From Azolla caroliniana (Eukaryota; Plantae; Polypodiophyta), in assembly GCA_043228905.1 (NCBI GenBank), contig JBHGNT010000008.1, positions 9,114,001 through 9,178,000 on the forward strand: a stretch of DNA of 64,000 bases. Direction: 5' to 3'. Shown here piece by piece: positions 13,369 to 26,615 of this stretch (position 1 is the stretch's first letter; each line of letters opens with the position of its first letter). Under the pieces are notes generated by a model, which was not told the origin of the DNA, ran no database searches, and worked only from the letters and a program-made list of their open reading frames with translations. Both the position numbers and the translations under genes were made by a program.

Positions 13369-15015
13369 GTATTGTGGTTTGTATGGTCTAGTATGATCTA
13401 TACATATGGTGATATGTAGAATATGTATGTACATATGTAATATATCTATGCATGTATATATGTAATTTATGCATGTGTAAATTTGTATATTGTGTAATAG
13501 GTATGGATTATGTGCTATGTAATATCTAATTTATTTATGTGTAAGTATACATATAGATATCTAATGTGTGTGTAAGTATACATATATCTAATGTGTGTGT
13601 GTGTGTGTAGTATGTATATATATAAGTATTGTGGTTTGTATGGTCCAGTATAATCTATACATATATATATATATATATATGGTGATATGTGGAATATGTA
13701 TGTACATATGTAATATGTATATCTATCTATGTATCTATATATGTATATATGTAATTTATGTATGTCTAAATTTGAATATTGTGTAATATATGCTATGTAA
13801 TATCTAATTTATTTATGTGTGTGCACGTGTATATATATGTAATATATGTAACTTGTTTGTAAGTATGAAGATTTGTATATATATAGTATGTAATCTTAGC
13901 CTTTAGGTGTTAATATGTATGTGTATGTGTATACATACATATATATAATATGTAATTTATTTTTGTGTGTTTTGTATGTATATATGCATTTGTGTATGTA
14001 TATATTTATGTAATATGTAATTTTATTGTATGTATTATGTACATATTTACATATGGTAATATATATTTGTACATATATTTATGTTTAGTTAATATGTATG
14101 TATAAATGAGTGTAATGTATGTATATACATATTCATGGATGTGTGATGTGTGATATATGAATGTAGCTTGTAGGTATATATGCATGTGTGATGTGTGTTA
14201 TGTTTATGTGTGTATGTATGTACTATTGTATTGTATTGTATGTATGGAATGTGTGTATGTGTATATAATATATATATATACATATATTATTATATATAAT
14301 ATGAATTTTATTTTTTGTGTGTTTGGTTTGTATATTTGCATTTGTATATAATTGTGTGTATAATAATAAATGTGTGTAATATGTAATATATAAAATATGT
14401 TTGTAAGGAAGTGTATGTATAAATGTAATATGTAATTTTTATGTATGTATGTCAATATATATGGCCAATTCTAATATGTATGTAGTATGTAATGCATGCA
14501 TGTATGTGTATGTACATATTTACATATGGTAATATATATTTGTACATATGTAATATATAAAATATGTTTGTAAGGAAGTGTATGTATAAATGTAATATGT
14601 AATTTTTATGTATGTATGTCAATATATATGGCCAATTCTAATATGTATGTAGTATGTAATGCATGCATGTATGTGTATGTACATATTTACATATGGTAAT
14701 ATATATTTGTACATATGTAATATATAAAATATGTTTGTAAGGAAGTGTATGTATAAATGTAATATGTAATTTTTATGTATGTATTATCTATATATGTATG
14801 TCAATATATATGGCCAATTTTAATATGTATGTAGTATGTAATGCATGTATGTGTATGTATGTACATATTTACATATGGTAATATATATTTATCTTTAGTC
14901 AGCATGCATGTATAAATGGGTGTAATGTATGTATGTATATACATATTCATGGATGTAATGTTTGAATGTAGGTATATATGGATGCATGCATGTATATGTA
15001 TGTATGTATGTATGC
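10613..15015. repeat. 4.4-kb compound (TA/TG/TATG)n low-complexity block with higher-order units, internal to the DNA transposon
   Basis: Runs of (GT)n, (TA)n and (TATG)n, recurring longer units such as TATGTTCCATACAACATATATG and AATGTACATGATTCAATG, and a GC-rich island at 11400-11580. Confidence 0.95.
14380..14890. repeat. 167-bp tandem repeat, about 3 copies
   Basis: The anchor TTGTAAGGAAGTG recurs at 14401, 14568 and 14735. Confidence 0.9.
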
Positions 15016-15755
15016 CACTTCAAATTTGAGTATTGTTTGCATAATATATTCTTTACTATCTCATTGAAATATCTAATATTTCATGGGCTTATGTAATTTT
15101 TTTTCCAGCATAATTGATAATACCCTTATGTAAAAATATTTTCAAATCTTTATTAATACCCTTATGTATATATATTCTGTATCTCACTGATTAATTAAAA
15201 CCCCTTTTGATGAACCCACATGCTATCATACAAGTTTTGATAGTGAAGTCCCCGGGTCTTTAGTTGGCCTCTCATCTACTTGGACTTTATACAATTCGCC
15301 TCATCTGAATCGCCTTCTCGGCCGAATTGGTTGTCTTTGATTTGTTCCCGCTCGTGTTCAAATTAGTTGTCTCCAATTCATCGTCCTTCAAGCCCTTGAC
15401 CACATTCGACCATGTCCTAGTCCTGGCCTTTATCTTCAGGTCAGCTCTACCCTTCTTGGCTCTACCTCCTGCCTTGCATTCTTAGGCTCGGTCTCCCCCT
15501 TGTTCGGTTGGCGCTGGCTTCGGGTTTTGGTCACTCCCCCTGCATCCGTCCAAGTCCTTGACTTCTTCAGCCATCCCGAACTCGAACTCTTCATCTGATT
15601 CGGTTTTTCGGGCTCCATCTCTTCCGATATCTCTCCCCCTCAAGTTCGGCATGTCGAGGTGTTGTAGGCCAAGCATACTCGAAAGTTTCCGCAACTTGTC
15701 CAAGCTGAGGATTTTGGTGAAGATGTCGGCCACCTGCCAATCAGTAGGAACATAT

Positions 15756-16192
15756 TGTCACGGACAGTTAGAGTAGAGCAAAACAGAGCTAGATGAAAGG
15801 TAAGATACTAAGAGATAGAGGGAGAGATGGAGAGAGGAGAGAGAGAAAAGCAAGGAAGCAAGAGATAAACAAGTAGAATATTGGATTCCGTAATTGGCGT
15901 TGTTCACCCTGACTAGGGTCAAGGTGAACCCCTGTATTTGTACATGTTTGTGGTCTCTAAATGTAGTTCCATGCGGAGACTCATTTACATGCACAAGCTT
16001 TTGGAATGTTCTTAGAGCTTCTGGGGCTTTCTAGAAGCTTATAAAATCTCCTAAGACGTGGAATAGATAAGCTCTAATAATCTACTAAGGTAACATGACC
16101 ATATATTGGATGTGTTGGTTAAACCATAACAATTGATTATAATACAAGAGGTCAATAGTTCAAATCATACCATGACTATTATGTCCATGACA
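15756..16192 (-). mobile_element. Solo LTR, probably chromovirus-related
   Basis: TGTCA...TGACA termini with flanks CATAT/CATAC (TSD, 1 mismatch). It splits the outer copia RNase H. Size (437 bp), TGTCATGG start and TTCTAGA(A)AGC motif resemble the LTRs at 50058/55291. Confidence 0.8.
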
Positions 16193-18460
16193 CATACTGC
16201 AGTTCCACTTCACCAAAGAGAACACACTCGCACACGAAATGGTAATGCACTTCTATATGCTTGGTCCGAGTGTGGAAGATGGGGTCTTAGCTAACTGGAT
16301 GCTTAGTCACAATTTCTCCTTTGTATTCCGCCTCAGTGCTCGACAGTGCCACTGCCGACTGCTTTTGGCTACACCAGGTGACCGATGCACTTCCCAACGA
16401 GAAAGCATAGCCTAATGTCGAACGATGATCGCATATGCTTCTAGCCCAATCCACATCCATGTAGCCAAACAACTGTTCGACTACACCTACCTGATACATC
16501 AACCCACGATCGTTCGTGCCGCTCACATATCGCATGATTTGATGCGTGCAGGGAAGGTGATCAGCCGTTGGCTGCGACATAAATTGACTGATTAGGCCAA
16601 TTGGATAACTGAGGTTTGGTCGGGTGATGGTCAGGTAGATGAGGCTTCCAACAATCTGTAGAATTGTTTTGTGTCACATGTCATTCCGGATCCATGGCAA
16701 AGCTTGACATTCCGGTCAGGAGGAGTCGAGATGGATTTACAATCCATCATGCCGATTTTGAAGAGCATATTCAACACATAATGACGTTGGCTGATCAATA
16801 TGCCTTCGGGGATGCGAATCACTTCGATCCCGAGAAAGTAGTGAAGGTCCACTAGATCCTTCATCTCAAACGATGTTGCTAGCAAAGATTTCATGCGACC
16901 AATTTCTTCAAGGTCGGTGCTAGCAATGACTAAATCCTCAACATATAGCAAAATGCTAACCGGCCCACGCCAACCTTGTCGGATGAACAATGAAGAATCC
17001 GATTTGGACAGTGCAAACCCCATCTTACGCAAACGGTGCATAATTTTGGCATTCCAAGCTCGGGGGTTGGCTTGAGTCTGTAAAGGGACTTCTTCAGTCG
17101 GCAAACTACCGATGTGTTCAATTCGCCTTTTCCTTAAGATCACCTTGTAGGAACGCGTTCTTTACATCCATCTTATGTAAATGCTACCCTTTTGTTGCCG
17201 CAACGGCTAGCAGCACACGCATCATAGTCATCTTTGCCACTAGTGTGAAGGTCTCATCATAGTCAATGCCGTGTGTTTGCCCGTAGCCCTTGGCTACCGG
17301 TCTGGCCTTGTACTTGTTGATCGAGTCGTTAGTGTTGTATTTTACCTTATACACCCACTTGGATCTAATCGGCTTAACTTCTTTGGGGAGGTCAACCAAG
17401 TCCCAAGTCTCGTTGTCGGCTAGAGCGTGCATCTCTTCCTCCATGGCCGCTCTCCACTTGGTGTCATCTACCACCTCCGCGTAGCTCTTCGGCTCGCGTG
17501 TCTCCGCCACTTTGGGCATGCATGCATAATGATGTGCCATGTACTCATTATACTCGTACCTGATGACAACGTTCTTTTGGCGAGATGATCGGCGCAACCT
17601 CTCGTTGGCCGTCTTCAAGGCCCTTTTGGCTGAATCTGTCCTCAATTCCTAAGGACTTTCATCACTGTGGATGGCTCCGTCAGAATCGCTTTTGTCCGAG
17701 GAGCCTGTATTAGTGATGTATCTCGGGATCTTCTTCTTTCCCTTTTCCTTGCGCGTAAACTATCTCCTCAGCTTCTGGGATGGGGATTGCATGGCCGAGT
17801 CTCCACTAGTCACCAGCTCATTATCCGAGTGGTCATTCCAACTCAGTCTCTCATTCGGCCCACTTAGCCGGAATGAGATCAGACTCTCCTCAAGAGTGCC
17901 AATGCACTCCTCGACCTTCGCGTCCAACTTCCTCCTCTTCTCTTTCGACACATGCACATATGCGATGATGTCAAACATCCTCAAGTGTGCCAAGTTTGGC
18001 TTCTTCCTAAAGTACAACTCGTGTTCCTCCAACTGCAGATGTCTGATTCTGAAGGTATACTACCATTCTGACTGCTTCAACCCAGTAGAACTTTGACATA
18101 TGCTTCTCCTCAAGCATTGTCTATGTCACTTCCTCTATCGTCCGATTCTTCCACTTGGCCACACCGATCTGCTCCGGTGTATATTTGCAAGAGAACTCGC
18201 ATCAGATTCCCTCCTTCTGCAGATAAGCTTGAGAATTGGTCGGAAAAATATTGTTTTCTGCCATCGGTCCTGAGACACTTGATCTTTCAGCCTGTCTTCC
18301 GTTCGGCAATGCTCTTCACCTTCAAGAAACAGGAGAAGACTTTGCTTTCTTTCTCGATCAAGCATGCCCGGTGTGCCGAGTGTAGTTATCGATGAAGGTT
18401 ACGAAGTAACAACTCCCACCGATACTCACGTTCTGTGCCAACCCCCACACATTTGAATGT

Positions 18461-21400
18461 TGTAGAAAGTAGCGTGCGGAAGCAAGTATAAAGACAGAAC
18501 AGAAGGAAGAACACTCAGGTTTAATGGAGAGCTTGAGCTTACACAGTATACGCAGGAGAGACCGAGAGAGTGAGAGAGAAGACACCAAAAAGAATGTGTG
18601 TATATTTTTACCTAAAAAAACAACAACCAACATATATGTGTTCAATGAACACTTTGTACAAGTCCTAGGAGGACTGACCGAAGTACTGACAGTACTTCAA
18701 TGCTCATTAAGAGCTCTTACACTAATTCCCAAATATATTCCTCACGGAATATCTTTCCTAATGGCCTAACCAATCGGTCCCAACCGATCCGGTCCTCGGC
18801 TGCTTCAGCCGATCCGGCCGATGTTGAGCTTGTCTCTCAACACTCCCCCTCAAGCTCAACTTGAGGCTCTTCGGGATCTTCACAGCTCCGGTTCCTCCTG
18901 GCTTCACGCCTCGCTCGCGCTCCTCGACCTGTTCGACTCCGCGCGCTTTGATTCCGGACTTTTCCGCGGGTCCGCCCTCGGCTTCTTCAGCTGATCCGAA
19001 GTCGAACTCGTCAATCGGCTCGGTGTTGCGGACAACCGACTCGGTGTCGCGGTCTCCGCTCCTTTTTTGCTGCCTTGCTTGGTCGTTCGGGACTGTTCTC
19101 CCCCTCAAGTTCGGCACATCGAGGTGACACAATCCGAGCGCACCTGAGAATTGCCGCAACTTGTCCAGACCAAGAGGCTTTGTGAAGATGTCGGCAGTCT
19201 GCTGATCCGTCGGCACGTACTGAAGTTCGACTTCACCAGAAAGGACACGCTCACGGACGAAATGGTAGTGCACCTCAATGTGCTTGGTCCGTGCGTGGAA
19301 AACGGGGTTCTTCGCAAGCTGGATGCTGCTGAGGTTGTCACAGTAGATCGTCGTCGGATCTGACACCTCCGCTTGCAGGTCCTTAAGTAGCCGCTTCAAC
19401 CATATGGCTTCGCATGTCGCGACAACCGCTCCTCGGTACTCAGCTTCGGTGCTCGACAGTGCAAATGTCGGCTGCTTCTTACTGCTCCACGCGATCGCGG
19501 CACTCCCGAGGGAGAATGCGTATCCGGACGTGGATCGGCGATCAGCGGCGTTTCCAGCCCAATCAGCATCGGTGTAGCCGACTAACTGCGCGACTGCACT
19601 GGTCCGATATAGCAGTCCTCGGTCCTTAGTGCCACTTACGTACCGCAGTACCCGTTGCGCACACTGAAGGTGCTCCTCGGTAGGTCGCGCCATGAACTGA
19701 CTGATCACCCCGACCGGATAACTGAGGTCGGGTCGGGTGATGGTCAAGTATATGAGGCTTCCGACAATTTGTCGGAACCTCGTCGGGTCGCATACCTCTC
19801 CCGTATCGGGATGAAGCTTGATGGTTCTGTCCAGAGGAGTTGAGACAGACTTACAGTCGGCCATCCCGAGTTTGAAGAGCATACCCAACACGTAATGACG
19901 TTGGCTGATCAATATGCCTTCGGGGGTATGGATCACTTCGATCCTGAGGAAGTAATGAAGGTCCCCCAGATCCTTCATGTCGAACGATGCCGCAAGCTGG
20001 AGCTTCACGCGGTCGATTTCGCCTAGGTCGGCGCCGGTGATGACCAAGTCATCGACATATAGTAGAATAATAACCGGTCCAAGTCGACCTTTCTAGATGA
20101 ACAGGGAAGAGTCCGATTTTGACGTGACGAAGCCCATCCGACGCAGTTGTTGCGTGATCTTCGCGTTCCAGGCACGCGGGGCTTGCTTCAGTCCGTAAAG
20201 GGACTTCTTCAGTCGGCATACTGCCGAGGAGTTTGTTCCGGAGGGAAATCCAGGGGGCTGTACCATGTACACTTGTTCCTCAAGGTCACCTTGCAGGAAC
20301 GCATTCTTTACATCCATTTGATGTAGGTGCCGCCCCTTGGCCGCGGCTACTGCGAGCAAAACACGGATGGTCGTCATTTTCGCGACCGGCGCAAATGTCT
20401 CATCGTAGTCGATGTCGTGCTTCTGCGCATAGCCCTTTGCCAGTAGCCGAGCCATGTACCGGTTGACCAAGCCATCGGTGTTGTACTTGACTTTGTACAC
20501 CCACCTACACTCGATCGGTTTTACCCCTCTTGGTGCGTGAACCATGTCCCAGGTCTCGTTCTCCGCCAATGCGTGCATCTCTTCCTCCATCGCGGCATGC
20601 CAATTCGCGTCTTTAGCCGCTTCTGCGTAGCTCTCCGGCTCACGCACTTCCACTACACGGGTCATGTACGCATAATGATGCGCCATGTACTTGTTGTATC
20701 CGAACCGCAAAACAGGATTCTTCTGGCGGGTAGATCGGCGTAATCTCGCATTAGCCGATGTCGAGGCCTTCTCGATCGACGCAGACTTCACTTTTAAAGA
20801 CCTGTCACCGGTTCCCTCAGAGTCGGACTCGCGTCGGTCTGACTTGTTCCTATCCGTGCAGGAATCCGACACCTTCTTCTTCCCTTTCTCTTTGCGTGTA
20901 AGCCGTCTCCTCGGCTTCCTGCGCGGGGAATGCACAACCGAGTCTCCACTATTCGCCGACTCTTTATCGGATTGGTCGTACCGGCTCAGCCGTCCAATCG
21001 GTCCACTTAACCGGAGTGAAATCAGACTCTCTTCGCGGGTCTCCATTTCGGGCTCATCCGGAGGCATCTCGGCCTCGCTGACCTCATCGTCAGAGCTCGG
21101 ATTGGAGTCCGGGTTCGTAGTCGGGGGCAGGTACCAGGACGCGGACTCGTCAAACACAACGTCGCGGCTGACACACGCTTGTTTGGTGCGAGGGTTATAG
21201 CACTTATAACCCTTCTGCTCATCCGAGTAACCGACCAAGATGCATTTCTCGGCCTTTGCGTCCAGCTTCCTCCTTTTCTCCTTCGGTATATGCACATACG
21301 CAATGCTACCGAACACCCTCAAGTGTCGTAAGTTCGGCTTCGTTCCGAAGTATAGCTCGTGCGCCGACACCTTGTCTTTGATCCGGTTCTGGATGTATAC

Positions 21401-23844
21401 CGCGGTCCTTACCGCCCTCGGCCCAGTAGAACTTGGGCAAGCTCTTCTCCTCCAGCATTGCCCGTGCCGCTTCCACAACTGACCGATTCTTTCTCTCGGC
21501 CACGCCGTTCTGCTCCGGCGTGTATCTACAACTGAATTCGCGGCGAATTCCCATTTGTTGTAGGTAACCGTTGAATTGACCGGAAAAGTACTCTTTCCCA
21601 CCATCCGACCGCAGACACTTGATCTTTCTTCCCGTTTCCGTTTCCACGAACCCTTTGAGGTCCCGGAAACAGTCGAAGACTTCGCTCTTCCTCTCAATGA
21701 GGTAGATCCACGTGTGCCGTGTGTGGTTGTCGATGAAGGAGACGAAATATCGGTTCCCGCCAAGACTAACATTTTGTGCCGGCCCCCATACATCGGAGTG
21801 TATAAGGTCGAGCTTGTTTCGGCTCCGGTTTCGTTCGTTTGGGAAAGGAAGTCGGTGTTGCTTCCCGAGCTGGCAGGCTTCACAAATTTGTGCCTTTCGG
21901 CCACTAAATTTGGGCAATCCGAATACTACCTGTTTCGATTGCAGATCTTGAAGCCGTTGGTGGTTGACGTGGCCTATCCGCTTGTGCCACAAGTCGATGT
22001 CCGACTCGGTTTTTTGTCCCTTCGCGAACATTGCGGTGCCGCCGTCAGTGGAGTCGAGGATGAACATCCTCCCGTCTCTGCACCCTTGCGCAATCACACG
22101 GCCTTCTTCCTCAATGAAGCACCCGAGGTGTGTAAACCGAACCTCCATCCCTTGGTCGACGATCTATCCGACCGAGACCAAGTTTTTCGTGATTGTCGGG
22201 ACGTGCAACACGTTCATGAGTTTCCCTTTCTGCCCGACATGGCTAAGGGGAACTTCTCTGACATTCGCGATCGGATGCGGAGTGTCGTCTCCTGTTGTGA
22301 CTACTCCAGGTTGTATCGGTTTTTCAAGGTACGAGAACCACTCCTTATGGCTCGTCATGTGGTTTGACGCGCCGGAGTCTACGTACCACACCTCGTCCGA
22401 TCTCGGGGTGCTCTGTTTCATTGAGTTTGCTTCGTGTCTCGTCACGAAGGCAGACCCTTCTCCGGCTCTCCCGGAGTCTTCGGCGTAGTGCGATCGTTGC
22501 CGATCTCCCTTGTCGGTATGTCTGGAGCCGTTTCCGGAACCGGTTCTCTCCGAATCGGCGCGCTTCTTCTAGCACTCATTTTCCCTGTGGCCTTTCTTGC
22601 CACAGTACCAGCACTCCGCGATGGCCTTCCTTTGCCGGTTCTCATCGCTTCGACTCCCCCTGTTTCCGGAGGGTCCGGAGTTGCTGTCGGCATCAGTTTG
22701 GTGCCTTCTTCCTTGATCTCGTCGGCCGCCTCCATTGCGCGCCGACTCACCTCGTCCTCCACTCCACGAGGCCTATCTCCCTCCGTGTACAACATTCTGC
22801 TGTCGGTGTGCGTGCTTGTAGACGCACCCACGTGGTTCTCCTCTACCAAGAGCATTGACTGTAAGTCAAAAAAGGACGGCGTATTCTCCCGGGTACACAC
22901 AGCCGTTCGGAACGCTCCGAACTTCGACGCCAAACCTCTAAGACAGATCTGGACCATCTCGCTCTCCTCGATGTTCACCTCTATGGAGGCGAAGGAGTCG
23001 CAGATATCCTTGATCTTCGAGGTATAGTCTGCCACCGACAAGTCGCGTTGTCGTAGGTTGCTCAACTCCTGTCAGAGCTGAAGCTTCTTAGCTGTGGTGC
23101 TCGCGGCGAAAATCTTCTTCAGATTTTCCCACGCACCTTTCAACGTCTTTGCATCCCGAACATAGCTCAATAGTTGTTCGCCCACACACGACGCGAAGCA
23201 GTATAATACCCTGCTCGCCGATTGCTCCCATGATGGGAAGTCTCTGTGTGTCGATTCGGGTGCCACGTCATTAGCTCCTTCGACATAACTCCAGTAGCCG
23301 TGCCCGAGCAGGTACTGGTGCATCTTGTAGGACCAAGACGCGTAGTTGGTTCTGTCGAGCTTCTCTGTTGGAAGCGAGCTCGCCATGCCTCTATCCATCG
23401 TTCTTCTTCGTCAAGCTGTGTCGGCTGCAGAGAGGTTCTCAATCCTCATGCTCTGATACCATGTAGAAAGTAGCGTGCGGAAGCAAGTATAAAGACAGAA
23501 CAGAAGGAAGAACACTCAGGTTTAATGGAGAGCTTGAGCTTACATAGTATACGCAGGAGAGACCGAGAGAGTGAGAGAGAAGACACCAAAAAGAATGTGT
23601 GTATATTTTTTCCTAAAAAAACAACAACCAACATATATGTGTTCAATGAACACTTTGTATAAGTCCTAGGAGGACTGACCGAAGTACTGACAGTACTTCA
23701 ATGCTCATTAAGAGCTCTTACACTAATTCCCAAATATATTCCTCACGGAATATCTTTCCTAACGGCCTAACCGATCGGTCCCAACCGATCCGGTCCTCGG
23801 CTTCTTCAGCCAATCCGGCCGATGTTGAGCTTTGTCTCTCAACA
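18461..23844 (-). mobile_element. Full-length Ty1/copia element with frameshifted gag-pol; LTRs 23462-23844 and 18461-18842
   Basis: TSD AATGT (18456-18460, 23845-23849). PBS TGGTATCAGAGC at 23450-23461; PPT next to 18843. Motifs [36 protein letters not shown] and GYTDADWAG. LTRs differ by about 7 substitutions and 1 indel by eye. Confidence 0.97.
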
Positions 23845-25601
23845 AATGTATTAAATCGAGCTAGTTACGACTCCGATTTCTTCATTGGGGAATGAAGTCG
23901 GTGATGCTTCCCTAACTGATAGGCTTCATAGACCTGGTCCCTTCGGCCACTGAGTTTCGGCAAGCCGAAAACGATGTTTTTCGTCTGCATCTCTTGAAGC
24001 AATGGGAAGTTGACGTGGACGAATCGTTTGTGCCATAGTTCGATATCCAACTCGATCTTTTGCCCTTTGGCGAACATATCGGTGCCTATGTTGTTTGTCT
24101 CGAGGATGAACATCCTCCCTTCTCGGCACTGTTACGCAATAATCCGACCTTCTTCCTCTATGAAGCACCCGAAGTGAGTAAATTGAACTTGCATGCCATG
24201 GTCCACAATTTGTCTGACCAACACCAAGTTATTGGTGATTGTCAGCACATGCAAACCATTTCTCATGATTCCTCTTTGACCGACATGGCTCAGAGGGACA
24301 TCTCCGATATGTTCGATGGGATGAGGGTTGTCGCCCCCGGTTTCAACGACCCCTAGTTACTCCGGCTTCTCTAAATAAGAGAAGCATTCTTCATGGTTCG
24401 TCATGTGGTTGGAAACTCTGGAATCCACATACCACACCTCATTCGGCTTTGAGGTGCTCATCTTCATCGAGTTGGCTTTGTGCTTCATGACAAATGCAGG
24501 GCCCGTTCCGGCTCCCCCCGAGCCTTTAGCGTAGTGCAATCTCTGTCGTCTCTCAAAGTCGACTCTATTTGATCCGACTTTGTTTGAATTTGCCTGTTTC
24601 TTCTAGCACTCACTCTCCTTGTGGCCCTTTCGACCACAATACCAACAATCAGTGAATTTATTTTGCTAGCTTCCAGCACCACCCTGACTCCCCCTACTTG
24701 TGGAGGGTCTACAATTGTCGGCACCTCCCTTGTGCCTATGGTTCTGCTCTTGTCAGTCGCTACCATTGTGTGCCGATCCACCGCGTCCACCACGACCACG
24801 GGGCCTCTCTACCTTCGTGTACAAATTTTTTTTGTCTGTGTGTGTGCTCTTCAACGCACATGTGTGGTTCTCCTCTGCCAGGAACATCAACTGCAAGTCG
24901 AAAAATGACGACGGTTTCTCCCTTGTGCGGACAGTCGTCCAAATTGGCCCATACTTTTGAGCTAGACCGCCTCGACAAATTTGCACCATCTCGTCTTCGC
25001 CCACTAGCACGTTGATGGAGCCGAGTGAATCACATATCTCCTTGATCCTTGTGGTGTAGTTAGTTACCGACATACCTCATTGTCGGACATTGTTGAGCTC
25101 TTGTTTGAGTTGCAACTTACAGGTTGTGGTGTTGGCGGCAAAGACCCTCTTCAGGTTCCCCTAGGCATCCTTTGATAACTTTGCATCCCTTATGTACTCG
25201 AGCAATACAAGACTCGCTTGCTGCTTGCTCCCAAGCTGGGAAGTCTCTGTGCATCGGCGCTAGTGGTACCTAGTTTACTCCTTTCACGTAGCTCTAGTAG
25301 TCGTGGCCAAGCAAGTATTGATGCATCTTATATGACCAAGACACATAGTTACACCTGTCTAGCATTTCTCACGGTAGCGAGCTACCCATTCCTTCCTCTA
25401 TCCATGTTCCTGTGAATCTTTGTCTGGAGATCAAAGGCTTGTTTGTGTTGAAATCACTTGTCGGCAATAGAGGATATTCAACCCTCCCGCTGTGATACCA
25501 TGTAATGAGTTTCGTATGTGGAAGCCTATGAACAACACAATCAGCTCAACCACAGTTAGGTGAAACACAGAGAAAAGCAAAAATATAGTAAGCGGGAGCG
25601 G

Positions 25602-25652
<51 letters not shown>

Positions 25653-25985
25653 AGATTAACTTAGATTCAAAAAAATAATACGCTCTGTATACACAAGTGT
25701 GCTTTATGAGCACTTTTATACAAGCTTTGACAACGTGTTGACACGAGTACCATCAGTACTTGAATGCTCATAAAGAGCCTACGACACTAACTCCATAAAA
25801 TATTCCTAATACTAAGACTAGGAATATAGGCTCCAACGGCCTATCAGCCTTATCTTAGGCTGCCCTAGCTATCGGCTTATTCAACCGACTTCCCTCAATT
25901 GCTTCGGTTGTCGGTTTCTTTAACTGACCGGCCTACCGGCCTTTAGCCGATCCGACTCATGTTGAGCTTGTCTCTCAACAACATA

Positions 25986-26370
25986 TTCCTACACATATAT
26001 CTACTATAGGAGTCACACAATGCACTCTACACTTGACCACAATGGATATGAGAAAATAATCTTGGGCATTGAGGATCACGAACCAACTTTGAGCGTATGG
26101 CATGAACAATGCTTGACTTAGCCTTTGCTAGTGTCGGTCATATTGGTCAAGACTTATCAAATTGACTATGCATATTTTCCCTCAAGTGAGTATAAACCCG
26201 AACATATCCCTACACATATATCTACTATAGGAGTCACAATGTGCAGTATACTCTCTCAACTACAATGGTATGGGCGAATAATGTTGAGCATTGAGGATCA
26301 TGAACCAACTCTAAGCGTACAACATGAACAATGCCTAACTCTGTCTGCCTTTGCTCGTGCCTGTCATATT
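25986..26370. repeat. About 221-bp degenerate tandem repeat upstream of RNC1, continued at about 6640-6705 on the far side of the copia insertion
   Basis: CCTACACATATATCTACTATAGGAGTCAC at 25988 and 26209; CTATGCATATTTTCCC at 6665 and 26166. Confidence 0.8.
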
Positions 26371-26615
26371 ATTGGTCACATAATAATACATTCGAGAGCA
26401 CCTCCCACACTATCGTGACTTATATAGCTTCACAGAATTCCATTAAACCATGAAGAGAGAGGGCTACTCCGGTAAATCTGTGTAATTAATGCTCATTTGT
26501 GTTCTCTAATGGGCTTTCTTTCCTCCATATGCATATACACATAATATGTATGTACATACATACATATATGATGGCAGAAGTATTATCTGCATAGTCTTTT
26601 GTATCTACTCCATCC

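Larger units (their letters stand above)
7355..15256 (-). mobile_element. Cut-and-paste DNA transposon with P-element-like transposase
   Basis: Exact 8-bp TSD TCTTTAGT (7347-7354, 15257-15264). Imperfect TIRs CCCGGGGACTCCACAAT / CCCGGGGACTTCACTAT. It contains a long DDE-type ORF and interrupts the 3' region of the outer copia. Confidence 0.9.
6706..25980 (-). mobile_element. Outer Ty1/copia element (degenerate) with three nested insertions; LTRs 25501-25980 (5') and 6706-7128 (3')
   Basis: TSD ACATA at 6701-6705 and 25981-25985. PBS TGGTATCACAGC at 25489-25500; PPT at 7129-7140. gag/PR/INT/RT/RH fragments lie in copia order across 23850-25400 and 15265-18455. Removing the nested inserts leaves about 5.5 kb, the size of the related element at 18461-23844. 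Confidence 0.92.

Noticed and set aside
10524-14455. Many His/Thr/Tyr/Ile- or Val/Cys/Met-rich ORFs, including the first 38 aa of the 774-aa ORF
   Set aside because: Translations of TA/TG microsatellite, not protein-coding.
7355-15256. hAT or CACTA/Mutator assignment for the DNA transposon
   Set aside because: The 8-bp TSD fits hAT, but the hAT motifs (CxxH, TRWNS, ERxFS, BED finger) are absent. TSD length and termini do not fit CACTA, and the TIRs are short for typical Mutator.
20233-23027. Plus-strand ORFs up to 263 aa opposite copia pol
   Set aside because: Antisense shadows of GC-rich retroelement coding sequence.
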